A DNA stretch of 64,000 bases from Nitrososphaerales archaeon (GCA_046759645.1 JBHICO010000002.1:2725-66724); one strand, 5' to 3'. Positions 37,196 through 47,234 are shown, counted from the first letter of the stretch. Notes: generated by a model not told the origin, from the letters alone. Numbers and translations: made by a program.

Positions 37196-38599
37196 ATGAC
37201 AAGCCTTACTTTTTATGGAGGTATTAATGAAATTGGTGGCAATAAGATTCTTCTCGAAGACAGAGATACAAAGGTGTTTCTAGATTTTGGCAAGAGCTTC
37301 AACAAATATTCAAAGTATTTTCAAGATTATTTGAAACCTAGAGCATCAAATGGAATAGCTGATTTCATAGAAATGGGACTGATTCCTAGGAGAGACGGTC
37401 TATACAGAGATGACCTTCTGCAGATGGGAGGAATGAAGGGATCCGAAGTTGATATCGATGCTGTAATACTTACCCACGCCCATTCTGACCATTGTAGCCA
37501 TATCTCTTTTTTACATGAGGATATCCCCTTGTACATGGGAGAAACCGCACATTTGATACTGCAGGCATTAGAAGAACGGAGCTCGAGAGATATAGAAAGC
37601 GAGATCCTGACTTTCAATAGACGCCCAACAGGTAAGAACAGTCAATTGATTCAAAGAAAGGTTCATACATTTAGAACAGGAGATAAATTAAAGATCGGTT
37701 CAGTAGAGGTAGAGCCTGTACACGTGGATCATTCAATTCCGGGTGCATATGGTTTGCTAGTCCACACGAGTGAAGGCACGATAGCATATAGTGGCGATCT
37801 AAGATTACAAGGAACCAGACCGCAGATGACCCAAGAATTTGTCAATAAGGTAGAGCAATCAAAGCCTGAAGCGTTGATAATGGAGGGAACTAGGTTAGCT
37901 GAAGAAAAGGGCTATGAGAGCGAACAAAAGGTAAGGAACGAATGTAACGAAGTTGTAAAGAAAAGCGACAAGTTCGTTGTTGCCGATTTTAGCTTCAAAG
38001 ATGTGGATAGATTAAGAACTTTCTACACTATAGCTAAGGAAAATGAGAGAAAATTTGCTGTTTTGCTGAGGGACGCATTTTTGCTGAAGTGGTTAAACAA
38101 AGACCCGGAATTACAAGTTCCTAGCTATGATGACGAAAACATAATAATACATCTACCAAGACGTGGGTCAGGCACATACATTGACCATGACTATGGAAAA
38201 AGGGAACGTGACTTTCTCAACCTCAATAATGTATGGACAGCCGAACAACTCAAGCAGAACCAGAATAAAGTTGTTTGTGCAATGACCTTCTTCCAGTTTG
38301 ATGAGCTGATAGACATTAAGCCAGAGCCTTACAGTATAATGCTATATTCAACCAGCGAGCCTCACACAGAAGAGCAACAGTTCGATTATCAACGACTAAT
38401 GGCATGGGCTGATCGGTTTGATTTCCGTATATTTCAGAGTCACTGTTCTGGGCATGCTTACTCTGGTGATCTTATGACAATAGTGAAGCAAATAAATCCC
38501 AAACATCTTTTCCCCGTACATACGGAGTATCCAGAGATGTTCAAACGGGCAACGCAAAACATTACTATTGTCAAGGAAAAGAAGAGCTATGTACTTTAG
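37196..38599 (+). CDS. rnj: Metallo-beta-lactamase/beta-CASP ribonuclease (archaeal RNase J-like)
   Basis: LTFYGGINEIGGNKILLED, HAHSDHCSH (HxHxDH), later beta-CASP-type D/H motifs (VHVDHS, SGHA). Confidence 0.7.
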   Translation: MTSLTFYGGINEIGGNKILLEDRDTKVFLDFGKSFNKYSKYFQDYLKPRASNGIADFIEMGLIPRRDGLYRDDLLQMGGMKGSEVDIDAVILTHAHSDHCSHISFLHEDIPLYMGETAHLILQALEERSSRDIESEILTFNRRPTGKNSQLIQRKVHTFRTGDKLKIGSVEVEPVHVDHSIPGAYGLLVHTSEGTIAYSGDLRLQGTRPQMTQEFVNKVEQSKPEALIMEGTRLAEEKGYESEQKVRNECNEVVKKSDKFVVADFSFKDVDRLRTFYTIAKENERKFAVLLRDAFLLKWLNKDPELQVPSYDDENIIIHLPRRGSGTYIDHDYGKRERDFLNLNNVWTAEQLKQNQNKVVCAMTFFQFDELIDIKPEPYSIMLYSTSEPHTEEQQFDYQRLMAWADRFDFRIFQSHCSGHAYSGDLMTIVKQINPKHLFPVHTEYPEMFKRATQNITIVKEKKSYVL

Positions 38600-38634
38600 C
38601 AAAGCTTTTTTACGTTGCAAAATATGGCTATGGC

Positions 38635-39153
38635 ATGAACCTTGAAAATATAATACGCTCGTTTCCAGATTTTCCAAAGAAAGGGATACTCTTCAGGGAT
38701 ATAACTCCAATTTTACGTGACACTATGGCGATGCAATATGTGATTAATCAGTTTTATGAGCATTACAAGAATGCAAAGATCGATCTGATTGCTGGAATAG
38801 AGTCAAGGGGTTTCATTTTCGCATGTGCGCTCGGGCTGAAGTTTAACAAGGGGATTATAATGATAAGGAAGCAGGGCAGATTACCAGGAAAGACGTTAAG
38901 TTTAGCATATAATATTGAGTATGGAAGCGCTGCAATGGAGATACAGCAAGATGCAATCAGCAGAGGGCAGAATGTGTTGATCGTCGATGATCTTATTGCT
39001 ACAGGAGGCACTGCAAGAGCATCTGCTGCATTGATAACAGAGCTTGGGGGAAACATAGCTGGCTTTGCTTTCGTAATTGAACTTGTGGGCCTGAAGGGCA
39101 GAGACTTGCTCAAAGGCTCTGAAATATATTCGCTGGTGAGATACGATGAGTGA
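38635..39153 (+). CDS. apt: Adenine phosphoribosyltransferase
   Basis: DFPKKGILFRDITPIL. PRPP motif VLIVDDLIATGGTA. Confidence 0.9.
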   Translation: MNLENIIRSFPDFPKKGILFRDITPILRDTMAMQYVINQFYEHYKNAKIDLIAGIESRGFIFACALGLKFNKGIIMIRKQGRLPGKTLSLAYNIEYGSAAMEIQQDAISRGQNVLIVDDLIATGGTARASAALITELGGNIAGFAFVIELVGLKGRDLLKGSEIYSLVRYDE

Positions 39154-39943
39154 TCATGCAGATATTGCTATAGTCGGAGGCACAGGCATTTACGATTCGG
39201 GGCTATTTAGGGACAAGAAGGAGATAAAGGTCTATACACCATACGGTGATCCGTCAGATTTGTTAACACTGGGGAGGTACGCTGGAAGAAGTATTGCATT
39301 CATACCCCGACATGGAAGAGGTCATAGAATACCACCACATAAGATCAATGCGAGGGCAAACATATGGGCACTAAAACAGTTAGGTGTAGGGAGAATACTT
39401 GCGCCGGCAGCTGTTGGCAGCATGAGGATGCGTCTCAAACCAGGCCATGTAGCCATACCGGATCAATTTGTAGATTTTACGAAATCAAAACAGTACTCCT
39501 TTTATGACGGTGGCGAAGTATGCCATGTTTCTACTGCAGATCCTTTCTGTCCAGAGCTTAGAAAATTTGCAATAAAGACTGCAAAATCCCTCAAACTCAA
39601 TTTTCATGACAGAGCTAACTACGTTTGTATAGAAGGTCCACGATATTCCACTAGAGCTGAATCCCGATTGTTCAGAGATTACGTTAAAGCAGATGTTATA
39701 GGTATGACACTAGTCCCTGAATGCGTTTTGGCAAGGGAGGCTGAAATTTGCTATCTGTCAATTGCAACAATTACTGATTATGATGTATGGGCAGAGAAAC
39801 CTGTAAGTACAAAAGAGGTGATAGAAACGCTTCGGAAGAATGTTCAAAATACAAGAAGGTTATTGGCCGACCTTATACCGCAGATTCCCTCACAAAGGAA
39901 AAAGTGTGAATGCAGCAGAGCGTTAGAAGGTGCCAAACTCTAG
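39146..39943 (+). CDS. mtnP: S-methyl-5'-thioadenosine phosphorylase
   Basis: IAIVGGTGIYD, FIPRHGRGHRIPPHKINARANIWALKQLGV, GPRYSTRAES, MTLVPE. Confidence 0.85.
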   Translation: MSDHADIAIVGGTGIYDSGLFRDKKEIKVYTPYGDPSDLLTLGRYAGRSIAFIPRHGRGHRIPPHKINARANIWALKQLGVGRILAPAAVGSMRMRLKPGHVAIPDQFVDFTKSKQYSFYDGGEVCHVSTADPFCPELRKFAIKTAKSLKLNFHDRANYVCIEGPRYSTRAESRLFRDYVKADVIGMTLVPECVLAREAEICYLSIATITDYDVWAEKPVSTKEVIETLRKNVQNTRRLLADLIPQIPSQRKKCECSRALEGAKL

Positions 39944-39951
39944 AATTTCGT

Positions 39952-40233
39952 TTATTCCATCTTATTCTGCGTATCAGGCATGTTCATATCGCCGATAACC
40001 ATCTTTCTCTGAACTTTTATTATCAGCTCTTCGGGATCTACACCCATCTTTCTCAACTTCTCTTCATTTTTCTTACTTATCTTCACATTCACATTATGTC
40101 CCCCTATTCTCCCAAAAGCGAGTGCCTTGAACGCTATTTTTTGACCCCTAAAGGTAAAATATCCAGCGACCTTACTTGCGATCTCGCTTGGAGCAGCACT
40201 CAAAACATATATTGTGACATCCTCATCGCTCAA
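39952..40233 (-). CDS. Hypothetical 93-aa protein (third gene of uncharacterised operon)
   Basis: ATG overlaps the upstream stop by 4 nt. No recognised motif. Confidence 0.45.
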   Translation of the reverse strand: MSDEDVTIYVLSAAPSEIASKVAGYFTFRGQKIAFKALAFGRIGGHNVNVKISKKNEEKLRKMGVDPEELIIKVQRKMVIGDMNMPDTQNKME

Positions 40234-40625
40234 TCGATCTCAATCTCCCTGTTTACCGATTCATCTATCATGAACATCCAATGTCTATCATCATGTACCT
40301 CAAAGTCCGCTACAGGTAGGAAAACATCTTTGTCCACACAAGCGTGCTTTATCTCACCGTCCTTCTTTACCCCCATCAGAGCCCATCTTTCCTTGTCCTT
40401 CCTCAATTTGCATACAAGAACGGCCCAACGTTCATCTGGATCTATCGTTGGCATGCCTATTTCGGAGGATATGTCGAGGATTCCCAGCTGTTTTTCCTCG
40501 CAGAAAATTTGCCTACATTTAGCACATCTCCATACATCAACGGCACCAATAGTTCTGTTCTGATATCTTATGTTTACAACACCAAAATACCCATTTTGAT
40601 GTTCACACTGCATAGCAAGGCACAT
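40230..40625 (-). CDS. Hypothetical 131-aa protein with N-terminal Cys/His pairs (second gene of operon)
   Basis: MQCEH ... RCAKCRQIFC suggests a zinc ribbon. The remainder is unrecognised. Confidence 0.45.
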   Translation of the reverse strand: MCLAMQCEHQNGYFGVVNIRYQNRTIGAVDVWRCAKCRQIFCEEKQLGILDISSEIGMPTIDPDERWAVLVCKLRKDKERWALMGVKKDGEIKHACVDKDVFLPVADFEVHDDRHWMFMIDESVNREIEID

Positions 40626-40634
40626 AATGACGCT

Positions 40635-41024
40635 CTATTTAGTCCTTGCATCTTCGAATGGTTTTTCCAGTAAAGTAGCTAGTTGATCCACGGTCTTGTT
40701 TCTCTTCACTTCCAGCTTGCTACTATAACACATCATCTTATACATGTTGATGATAGCAAATCGTGGGTTTAACGCCTCGTATTTGTCATTTAATTCTATG
40801 CAGGTACCCTTATGGATCAAACCTGACACGACTTCTTCTATTGAATCTACATACAAGCCAGTTTGCTGGGCAATTTCAGTTTTAGACATTTCACCTCTGG
40901 TCAGTAACAGCATATAGATCTTTGCTTCCTCTCTAGAAACCTTCAACTCGCGTACCATAGTATCTTCGGCATCGCTCAGATTCATCATGGTATTAGGCCG
41001 TTTCGTTAAGTAATTAAAGATCAC
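40635..41024 (-). CDS. TrmB-like winged-helix transcriptional regulator (first gene of operon)
   Basis: VSREEAKIYMLLLTRGEMSKTEIAQQTGLYVDSIEEVVSGLIHKGTCIE matches the TrmB N-terminal HTH pattern. Start may be an internal Met. Confidence 0.55.
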   Translation of the reverse strand: MIFNYLTKRPNTMMNLSDAEDTMVRELKVSREEAKIYMLLLTRGEMSKTEIAQQTGLYVDSIEEVVSGLIHKGTCIELNDKYEALNPRFAIINMYKMMCYSSKLEVKRNKTVDQLATLLEKPFEDARTK

Positions 41025-41101
41025 TCTTTAGCGCCTATAAATAGTTCAGTGAGAAGATTAAAGCAGATTGAATTAAATAGCAATGCACGCATCGTAATTT
41101 T

Positions 41102-41665
41102 ATGAAACTGATCGTAGCGATGAGTGGGAGTTCCGGGGTAGCTTATGGTGTGCGATTGGTTGAAGTTCTGAAGACATTAAAAATTGAAACACACCTGATA
41201 ATGAGCAAGTGGGCAGAAGAATGCATAGAGATAGAGACAGAGAGGAAACCATCATATGTTAAAGCATTAGCAAATTACATTTACAGTAACGATGATTTAG
41301 CAGCAAGCCCCTCTAGCGGGTCTTTCAGGATAGATGGTATGGTTGTTATCCCATGCAGTATGAAAACCCTAGCAAGCATAGCCAACGGTTATGAGGATAC
41401 GTTGATTGCCCGTTCAGCTTCTGTAACGCTTAAAGAGTCAAGAAAATTAGTCATAGTACCAAGGGAGACACCACTTACTGCTATCCACTTATCAAATATG
41501 CTCACGCTTGCAAGGATGGGAACTATAATTCTGCCAGCAATGCCGGGATTTTATCACAAACCCAAGAGCATTGAAGATCTCCTTAATCATATAGCAGGAA
41601 AGATCTTAGATCAGTTTGGTGTTGAGCATGAGGTTTTCAACAGATGGACAGGCATAAAACTGTAA
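41102..41665 (+). CDS. ubiX: Flavin prenyltransferase UbiX
   Basis: MKLIVAMSGSSGVAYGVRL, IPCSMKTLASIANG, LVIVPRETPL. Confidence 0.85.
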   Translation: MKLIVAMSGSSGVAYGVRLVEVLKTLKIETHLIMSKWAEECIEIETERKPSYVKALANYIYSNDDLAASPSSGSFRIDGMVVIPCSMKTLASIANGYEDTLIARSASVTLKESRKLVIVPRETPLTAIHLSNMLTLARMGTIILPAMPGFYHKPKSIEDLLNHIAGKILDQFGVEHEVFNRWTGIKL

Positions 41666-41673
41666 ACGATTAT

Positions 41674-41901
41674 TTACGTTTTTGATAACTTCTTAGATAG
41701 TTTTATCGACACCCCCATAGAGATGAAGTATACTATGGCACTTATTGCTATTGAAACGAAGAAATTGTCTATTATGCTATTAGCTATAACGAAAGCAATT
41801 ATAGCAGGTCCGCTTATAATGAGAGCAAGAATTGTTCCTGCTCCAAAGATTTTACTTTTGGAGATACCTGAATCATTGGAAGAATTGCTCATTGGACACA
41901 A
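41674..41901 (-). CDS. Small hypothetical membrane protein (2 TM)
   Basis: Two hydrophobic helices (GTILALIISGPAIIAFVIA, FFVSIAISAIVYFISMGV) and a basic C-terminus. Preferred over the overlapping plus-strand ORF. Confidence 0.35.
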   Translation of the reverse strand: MCPMSNSSNDSGISKSKIFGAGTILALIISGPAIIAFVIANSIIDNFFVSIAISAIVYFISMGVSIKLSKKLSKT

Positions 41902-42112
41902 TAATTTTTACACATTAGATATAAACATAGCTAAAGAGATTCACATATAATGCAGAAGATTCAGTATCATTTCTTGATGCAGAAAAGTCGAGAAAGTTGG
42001 TAAATTCTGGTAATTAATATAGCAGTTTTCAAACAAATTTCTAAAACGGTTTAAAGTGTGTAATGGTTTATAAGGATGGCAAGTTAAAAAATGAACAAAC
42101 AAGCTGATTCCA

Positions 42113-42574
42113 TTGGCCAGATATAAGAAACGTTATGTTTATGACAAGTCCCTTGAATTTGTAATCCCACTATTAGTTCTCCTTTTTTTAGGTGTAATGT
42201 ATGTTATGGTTATACGTACGGAACATAGTTATGCGGGCTTCATACTTTTGGCAATAGCTTCTCTTTTGATGATATATTGGGTAAGAGAGTTGAAAACAAT
42301 GGCTAGAACAGAAGAGCCTAGGATGGCACCAAAAAGTGTGGAGGAGAAGACATGGGTGTACGACTTGATCAAGGGAGATCAGGAGCTTGTATTCGTGGCA
42401 GAAGTACCTGGTCCAGAAGATCAGGTGACCGTCAGGCTGATCAATGGTATACTGCATATACGAGGAGGGCAAGACTTCGCAAGGGATGTGCAGCTAGAGG
42501 TGACTGAAGATATGGGTATAGCTGAATTTAGATATAGAAACGGGGTTCTTACGTTAAAGATAAGAAAAATCTAA
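42113..42574 (+). CDS. Small heat-shock protein (Hsp20/alpha-crystallin domain) with two predicted N-terminal TM helices
   Basis: ACD-like VFVAEVPGPEDQVTVRLINGILHIRGG...FRYRNGVLTLKI. N-terminal VIPLLVLLFLGVMYVMVI and FILLAIASLLMIYWV. TTG start, uncertain. Confidence 0.6.
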   Translation: MARYKKRYVYDKSLEFVIPLLVLLFLGVMYVMVIRTEHSYAGFILLAIASLLMIYWVRELKTMARTEEPRMAPKSVEEKTWVYDLIKGDQELVFVAEVPGPEDQVTVRLINGILHIRGGQDFARDVQLEVTEDMGIAEFRYRNGVLTLKIRKI

Positions 42575-43668
42575 TCCATACTCTTTGCTTCCTTTAACTT
42601 TTGGGGTAAATAATCATCAGTAATCTTCGTTAAACCATACTTGGAAAATGCCTCTAACTCACTCTTTCTCTTCATCTTCAAGAAGATATCAAGTTCCCTC
42701 TGCCATATATCCCCCTGATACCTAGGGTCACGCTTCAATTCATGACATCTCTTGATATCGGCTTCAGTCATTGGGTCTGTTGGCAATCTGTACTTTTGAA
42801 TATCGCTTGCCCAGACTCCTATCCACTTGGCATCAGGCACGGTAAGCTCCCTTAAATGCGCTGCGTTTGCAGAACCTGATTTTATGACCATTGCTATATG
42901 CTCTCCGTATACATCTCCATCCGCAATAATGAATACATCAAGATCCATTTCATCATGCAATCTCTTCAACAGATAGCGGGTAGATCGTGGAGGTTGACCA
43001 GCAGTATCGACCACAATTGCTTTGAATTTCTTATGCACCTTTTCTTCAATAAATCTTGTGAAAATACCGCCTTTCTCCACTGCGATCACTCTATCCGCTG
43101 TTGTTTTAACAAATTCTGCTGTGCTCAAACTCGGACCTATTAGATAACCATCCGGATGATCGGATAAATTCAACCGCTTTCCTTCGTATCCAGGAACAGT
43201 GTATTCAATAGTTAAATCCCCAAACACACTGCTCCTTTCTTCAGGATAAACGCTAAAGTCTTCTCTTGCCATGGTCAGTAGTGCCTCTAGGTCAGTAATT
43301 GTATGATCAGATTCTGGCTGGTCCTCAAAGTCCATATTGAATGCCTGTGCCGAATAGTAGATGTCCCTCAAGGTTGATGTCTTTCCTTGATTGAGTAATT
43401 TGTTAACGAAAAAGGCCATCCAGACCAGCTGCGTAAATGGTCGTAGATGACGCATATTCTTAGCAGATCTGTTCACAGCTCCTCTTCCGAGGACATACTG
43501 TCTAAGCTTTTTATCATAAACAATGTTGCTCACAGATCTGCTAGGAATCGACACTTCGGGGAATATACCATTATCTAGATCCTTGTAGACCTTTGATCCT
43601 AGCTCTTTCAGGACTTCCTTAACTTTGGCTTTCTTGGCGCTCACTACCTTCTTCTTCAACCTCTTCAC
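42571..43668 (-). CDS. top6A: DNA topoisomerase VI subunit A
   Basis: Spo11/TopoVI-A pattern: TSTLRDIYYSA (catalytic Tyr region), Toprim VIAVEKGGIF and FIIADGDVYGEHI. The tracked start overlaps top6B by 50 nt. Confidence 0.9.
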   Translation of the reverse strand: MKRLKKKVVSAKKAKVKEVLKELGSKVYKDLDNGIFPEVSIPSRSVSNIVYDKKLRQYVLGRGAVNRSAKNMRHLRPFTQLVWMAFFVNKLLNQGKTSTLRDIYYSAQAFNMDFEDQPESDHTITDLEALLTMAREDFSVYPEERSSVFGDLTIEYTVPGYEGKRLNLSDHPDGYLIGPSLSTAEFVKTTADRVIAVEKGGIFTRFIEEKVHKKFKAIVVDTAGQPPRSTRYLLKRLHDEMDLDVFIIADGDVYGEHIAMVIKSGSANAAHLRELTVPDAKWIGVWASDIQKYRLPTDPMTEADIKRCHELKRDPRYQGDIWQRELDIFLKMKRKSELEAFSKYGLTKITDDYLPQKLKEAKSMD

Positions 43669-45478
43669 CCAATTTCAACAATGTCTTATAACGTGGTTGC
43701 TTCTTGGCCTTTGCCAACTCAGTAGAAAACTGTGCAAGCATAGGCACATACTTTGAATATATGCCGGCACGTTTCTTCTGCATTTCCATATGTCCCTTCT
43801 TTGAAAGAAATAATGCTAGCTTCCTCGCCAAGAACCTCATTCCATTCCTAAGCTCGTAATCTATTTCAGCCCTATCTGCTATGTACTCCTTTCCTACCGT
43901 CTTGTATGGTACTCGTGTGGAACAAATATGTGTCACAATTATCAGTGGAGAATCCTGACCTACCCTGTATCTAGGCCAATCAACCTCTTCGATGACCTTC
44001 ATAGCAACATCATTGCCCTCATCGTAAAGCAGCGGGATTCTGTTAGCAAATCTGTAAAGGCTTATGGAGTCTGTCTTGATATCGCCATCATAGGCCATGC
44101 CCATCTCTACTATGAAGGGAAATCCCGAATATGCCGAAGGAGGTCTCTGTACTGTTGCAACAAACTCAGGATTAAAGACCTTCTTTATACCCGCCTCTAG
44201 CAAATTCTCACCCAGGGGGGAAAGACAGCTCGAGTCGGGAGCAAGAAAGCCTGGGTAACGTTGCATTGCATCTGCAAGTGCAACAATTTCATCATTCGGA
44301 AGCGTACCGGCCTTCTTTCTACTATCAATCTTTGCAAAATCTAAGAACTTTCTTGCGATGCCAGGACCAACTCTCTGAAAGTTCCTAGTCATAAAATCTA
44401 AAACGGTATCCCCTTCAACCAACGATGACAGCAGTTTGAAGAACGGATTAATTTTCTTGAGTTTGATCGTATGATAGTTCTCATCCAGAAGGGTGATATA
44501 TGATATTTTTGAACTTGGTACATCAACACTATCAACTCGAATCTTTTCAAGGTCATCCAAGTTTATGTCAAGCAATACGATAAGTGATACCGCTGTCCTT
44601 ACACTTCTAGATAATTTTGTCCAGCGTTTCCTTGCAAGTTCTGCTACTGTTTCAGCACTTTGGTTTATTCTTTCGGCCCGGAGTTCCTTCTTTACACGTT
44701 CTTTCATATCCTCACCAAACGATGGTGGTGCGTTATATTCACGGGTTATCAACCTACGTAACGTTTCCACATCAACACCGGTAGGATGTGGTTTGATCTC
44801 TAGGGGGGGCGCAGGAGTTATTTTCGTGATTCTTTTGAACCTGATCTTATTACCTGCAGGATCACGCAACGATATGTTTGCATATGGAGTAATAAGGGCT
44901 GTTTGCGCCACGTAATCCCGTATTTTATTTTGTGCTTTGCCAAAATCTCCCTCAAGGGTTATGCTTATCGATAAACCCTTAAATCCATTTGTATTCATTC
45001 TTGTTTTGTTGAGTATCATAGGTCTGTTGCGTTGAATATCGAGTTGCAATGTGTATTCATACATCCTGCTATTTTGTGTTGTCTTTATTATGACAGGTTT
45101 GTTTGTGGTAATCTGGCCGTACAGGATGGCCATAGTAGCACCTAAACCAAACATCCCCCTTGCTTGCTTTAGCGTAAATTTCGTCCCGTATAGCACCTTA
45201 CCAAACGCCATAGGTACATAATCTGGTGTTATACCGGGACCATTATCAGTTACAGTAATAACGTATTGCCGCGGGTCTGTGGCATTCTTCTCCACAGGCT
45301 TTATCGAGATCGTTACATGTGGCAATACCTTGTTGTGATCACAAGCGTCCAACGAATTTTCCACAAGCTCCCTTACAGTCATATAAAGCGCTCTGGAGGG
45401 ATTACTGAACCCAGCAAGGTCCCTGTTCCTGTAAAAGAACTCACTTGGTGATATCTCGCTAAATGCTGCCTGACTCAT
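43619..45478 (-). CDS. top6B: DNA topoisomerase VI subunit B
   Basis: GHKL ATPase Bergerat fold: VRELVENSLDA, VTDNGPGI, GMFGLGA. Acidic C-terminal tail. Confidence 0.9.
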   Translation of the reverse strand: MSQAAFSEISPSEFFYRNRDLAGFSNPSRALYMTVRELVENSLDACDHNKVLPHVTISIKPVEKNATDPRQYVITVTDNGPGITPDYVPMAFGKVLYGTKFTLKQARGMFGLGATMAILYGQITTNKPVIIKTTQNSRMYEYTLQLDIQRNRPMILNKTRMNTNGFKGLSISITLEGDFGKAQNKIRDYVAQTALITPYANISLRDPAGNKIRFKRITKITPAPPLEIKPHPTGVDVETLRRLITREYNAPPSFGEDMKERVKKELRAERINQSAETVAELARKRWTKLSRSVRTAVSLIVLLDINLDDLEKIRVDSVDVPSSKISYITLLDENYHTIKLKKINPFFKLLSSLVEGDTVLDFMTRNFQRVGPGIARKFLDFAKIDSRKKAGTLPNDEIVALADAMQRYPGFLAPDSSCLSPLGENLLEAGIKKVFNPEFVATVQRPPSAYSGFPFIVEMGMAYDGDIKTDSISLYRFANRIPLLYDEGNDVAMKVIEEVDWPRYRVGQDSPLIIVTHICSTRVPYKTVGKEYIADRAEIDYELRNGMRFLARKLALFLSKKGHMEMQKKRAGIYSKYVPMLAQFSTELAKAKKQPRYKTLLKLGEEVEEEGSERQESQS

Positions 45479-46040
45479 TCACATTTTCCTCCCATATTTT
45501 TACACGCTCCAACTTGGCATGACTCCTTGCTTCCTGCAACATGTTATACACTGATTTATGCATACTGCCTTTTGCAAGCATAGTAACAGCTTCATTTGCA
45601 ATTCTCACTTCGTAAGAATTGCCGATCATTGCAACTGAGTGACCGTAGACGGAAATGTATGCACCACTCAACTGTTCCATGATTTTTCTTGCTTTACCAT
45701 CTACTCCTATTATCCTCCCTTTTATTCTTTCCAATGCGTTGCTTGATTTGCCCGTAAATTCCTTAAGGTCTAGAACAAACAACATGATTTCCTCATCAAG
45801 TAACCTGTTTGCTCTCTGCGGCGAAAATCCCTTTGCAATAGCAGTAACAAGTTCTACAGCTTTAAACGGTAACATTTCTTCTGGCCTACCGGCATTCCTG
45901 ATGGTCACATCACCATACTCACTATCTATCTCTAGCTTTACACCGCAGCCATTCTCGATCCTCCCCTTTACCTTACCTCCTTTTCCAATAAGTGCTCCCA
46001 CACGATCCTTTGGAACCTTGACAGTATGCATAAAACTCAA
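45459..46040 (-). CDS. KH-domain RNA-binding protein (Dim2/Pno1-like)
   Basis: Two KH modules: VGALIGKGGKVKGRIE and GRIIGVDGKARKIMEQL. Conserved position after rio1. Confidence 0.7.
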   Translation of the reverse strand: MSFMHTVKVPKDRVGALIGKGGKVKGRIENGCGVKLEIDSEYGDVTIRNAGRPEEMLPFKAVELVTAIAKGFSPQRANRLLDEEIMLFVLDLKEFTGKSSNALERIKGRIIGVDGKARKIMEQLSGAYISVYGHSVAMIGNSYEVRIANEAVTMLAKGSMHKSVYNMLQEARSHAKLERVKIWEENVNESGSI

Positions 46041-46843
46041 TTTTTCTTCACCTTCTTCATTGCCCGATCCTGGTCATATACATCTATTCCTTTTTTGTTA
46101 AAGAACTTGTTTATGTTTGATATGTCCCGTCTAAGGAACTGATCAGCATTTGGATGTGCTGTACTAACTGCTGAACCAAAATCAAATAAAATTATTTTGT
46201 TTTTATGAAGAAACAAATTGTACTCGGAAAGATCTGCATGGACTAGGCCAGCCGTATAAAGGTCCGAAACAGCCTTGAGAACCTGTAGGTAGTGTTTTTG
46301 TGTGACCTCGCACACATTCAACGTAGGTGCAGGAGTACCATCTTCCCCAAAAAACTCCATTACAAGCACATTATTTTTTACATATATGGGCTCCGGCACA
46401 GTAACTTTTGCATCATAGGCTGTCCTGAGATTCTTGAATTCTTTCCTTGCCCACAAATTAACTATATTTCTCATACCTTTCCTGACACCGCCGAATCTGG
46501 GATCGCCTGCAATATACTGTAATCTGTGTTTGAATTCAGCACTTGTAATAAGGTAAATCTTCACAGCAACGCTCGTATTTTTCGCAGTGACACCCCAGTA
46601 CACTCTTGATTCCTTTCCACTTGCTAACACTCCATTAAGGTAACTGAAAATTCCTGCGTTCATTATATCGTAAAGAACCATCAAAGTCGATTTGTCAAAA
46701 ACTTCCTCAAAGACTGCACGGTCAGATTCATGGCTTCTTAATATCCTCTGGTCCTTCTCCACTTTGGTTAGGTTGCGTGCAACCTTTCTACTTATTCTCG
46801 GTGGAATGTCGTCATCACTCAATATGCATTCACCTTCAAACAA
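46037..46843 (-). CDS. rio1: RIO-type serine/threonine protein kinase (Rio1)
   Basis: GVLASGKESRVYWG, VAVKIY, LVHADLSEYN, ILFDFGSAV. Confidence 0.85.
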   Translation of the reverse strand: MFEGECILSDDDIPPRISRKVARNLTKVEKDQRILRSHESDRAVFEEVFDKSTLMVLYDIMNAGIFSYLNGVLASGKESRVYWGVTAKNTSVAVKIYLITSAEFKHRLQYIAGDPRFGGVRKGMRNIVNLWARKEFKNLRTAYDAKVTVPEPIYVKNNVLVMEFFGEDGTPAPTLNVCEVTQKHYLQVLKAVSDLYTAGLVHADLSEYNLFLHKNKIILFDFGSAVSTAHPNADQFLRRDISNINKFFNKKGIDVYDQDRAMKKVKKN

Positions 46844-46922
46844 ACTAAAAAATTAAAGGAAACATTCATTATCTTCTTCACTCTGGCTAGTTATTTAATA
46901 TTTCACGAAGCGACTAATTTCA

Positions 46923-47234
46923 TTAAAAGTCCTTGGGCAGGTAGTCGTTCTTTTTCAACCATTCAACCTGGGCAAGTGTATATCTCCAAGCAATATCTCC
47001 CCTGTCGTTACCTTTAAAATTCCAAGGTGCAATAAGTACTACATCATTATCCCTAACCCATACCCTGCGCTTCAACTTGCCCCTTATCCTTCCCATTCTT
47101 GTGTTTCCGTCTACACACTTTACCAATATATGATCACTACCAAGCAATTTTATGACCCTGCCCAACACTTCGCCTTCTTCAGGAAGTACCAATTCCTTCA
47201 ACGTCTCTTCGCTTATCACTTTTCGTTTGCCCAT
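46923..47234 (-). CDS. eif1a: Translation initiation factor aIF-1A
   Basis: ATG at 47234 gives MGKRKV...EGEVLGRVIKLLGSDHILVKCVDGNTRMGRIRGKLKRRVWVRDNDVVLIAPW. Confidence 0.9.
   Translation of the reverse strand: MGKRKVISEETLKELVLPEEGEVLGRVIKLLGSDHILVKCVDGNTRMGRIRGKLKRRVWVRDNDVVLIAPWNFKGNDRGDIAWRYTLAQVEWLKKNDYLPKDF

Noticed and set aside
39910-40563. 217-aa plus-strand ORF overlapping the three-gene operon.
   Set aside because: The product is a low-complexity Ser/Leu/Ile-rich sequence. The minus-strand genes have an HTH motif, Cys pairs and start-stop coupling, which argues that they are the real coding frames.
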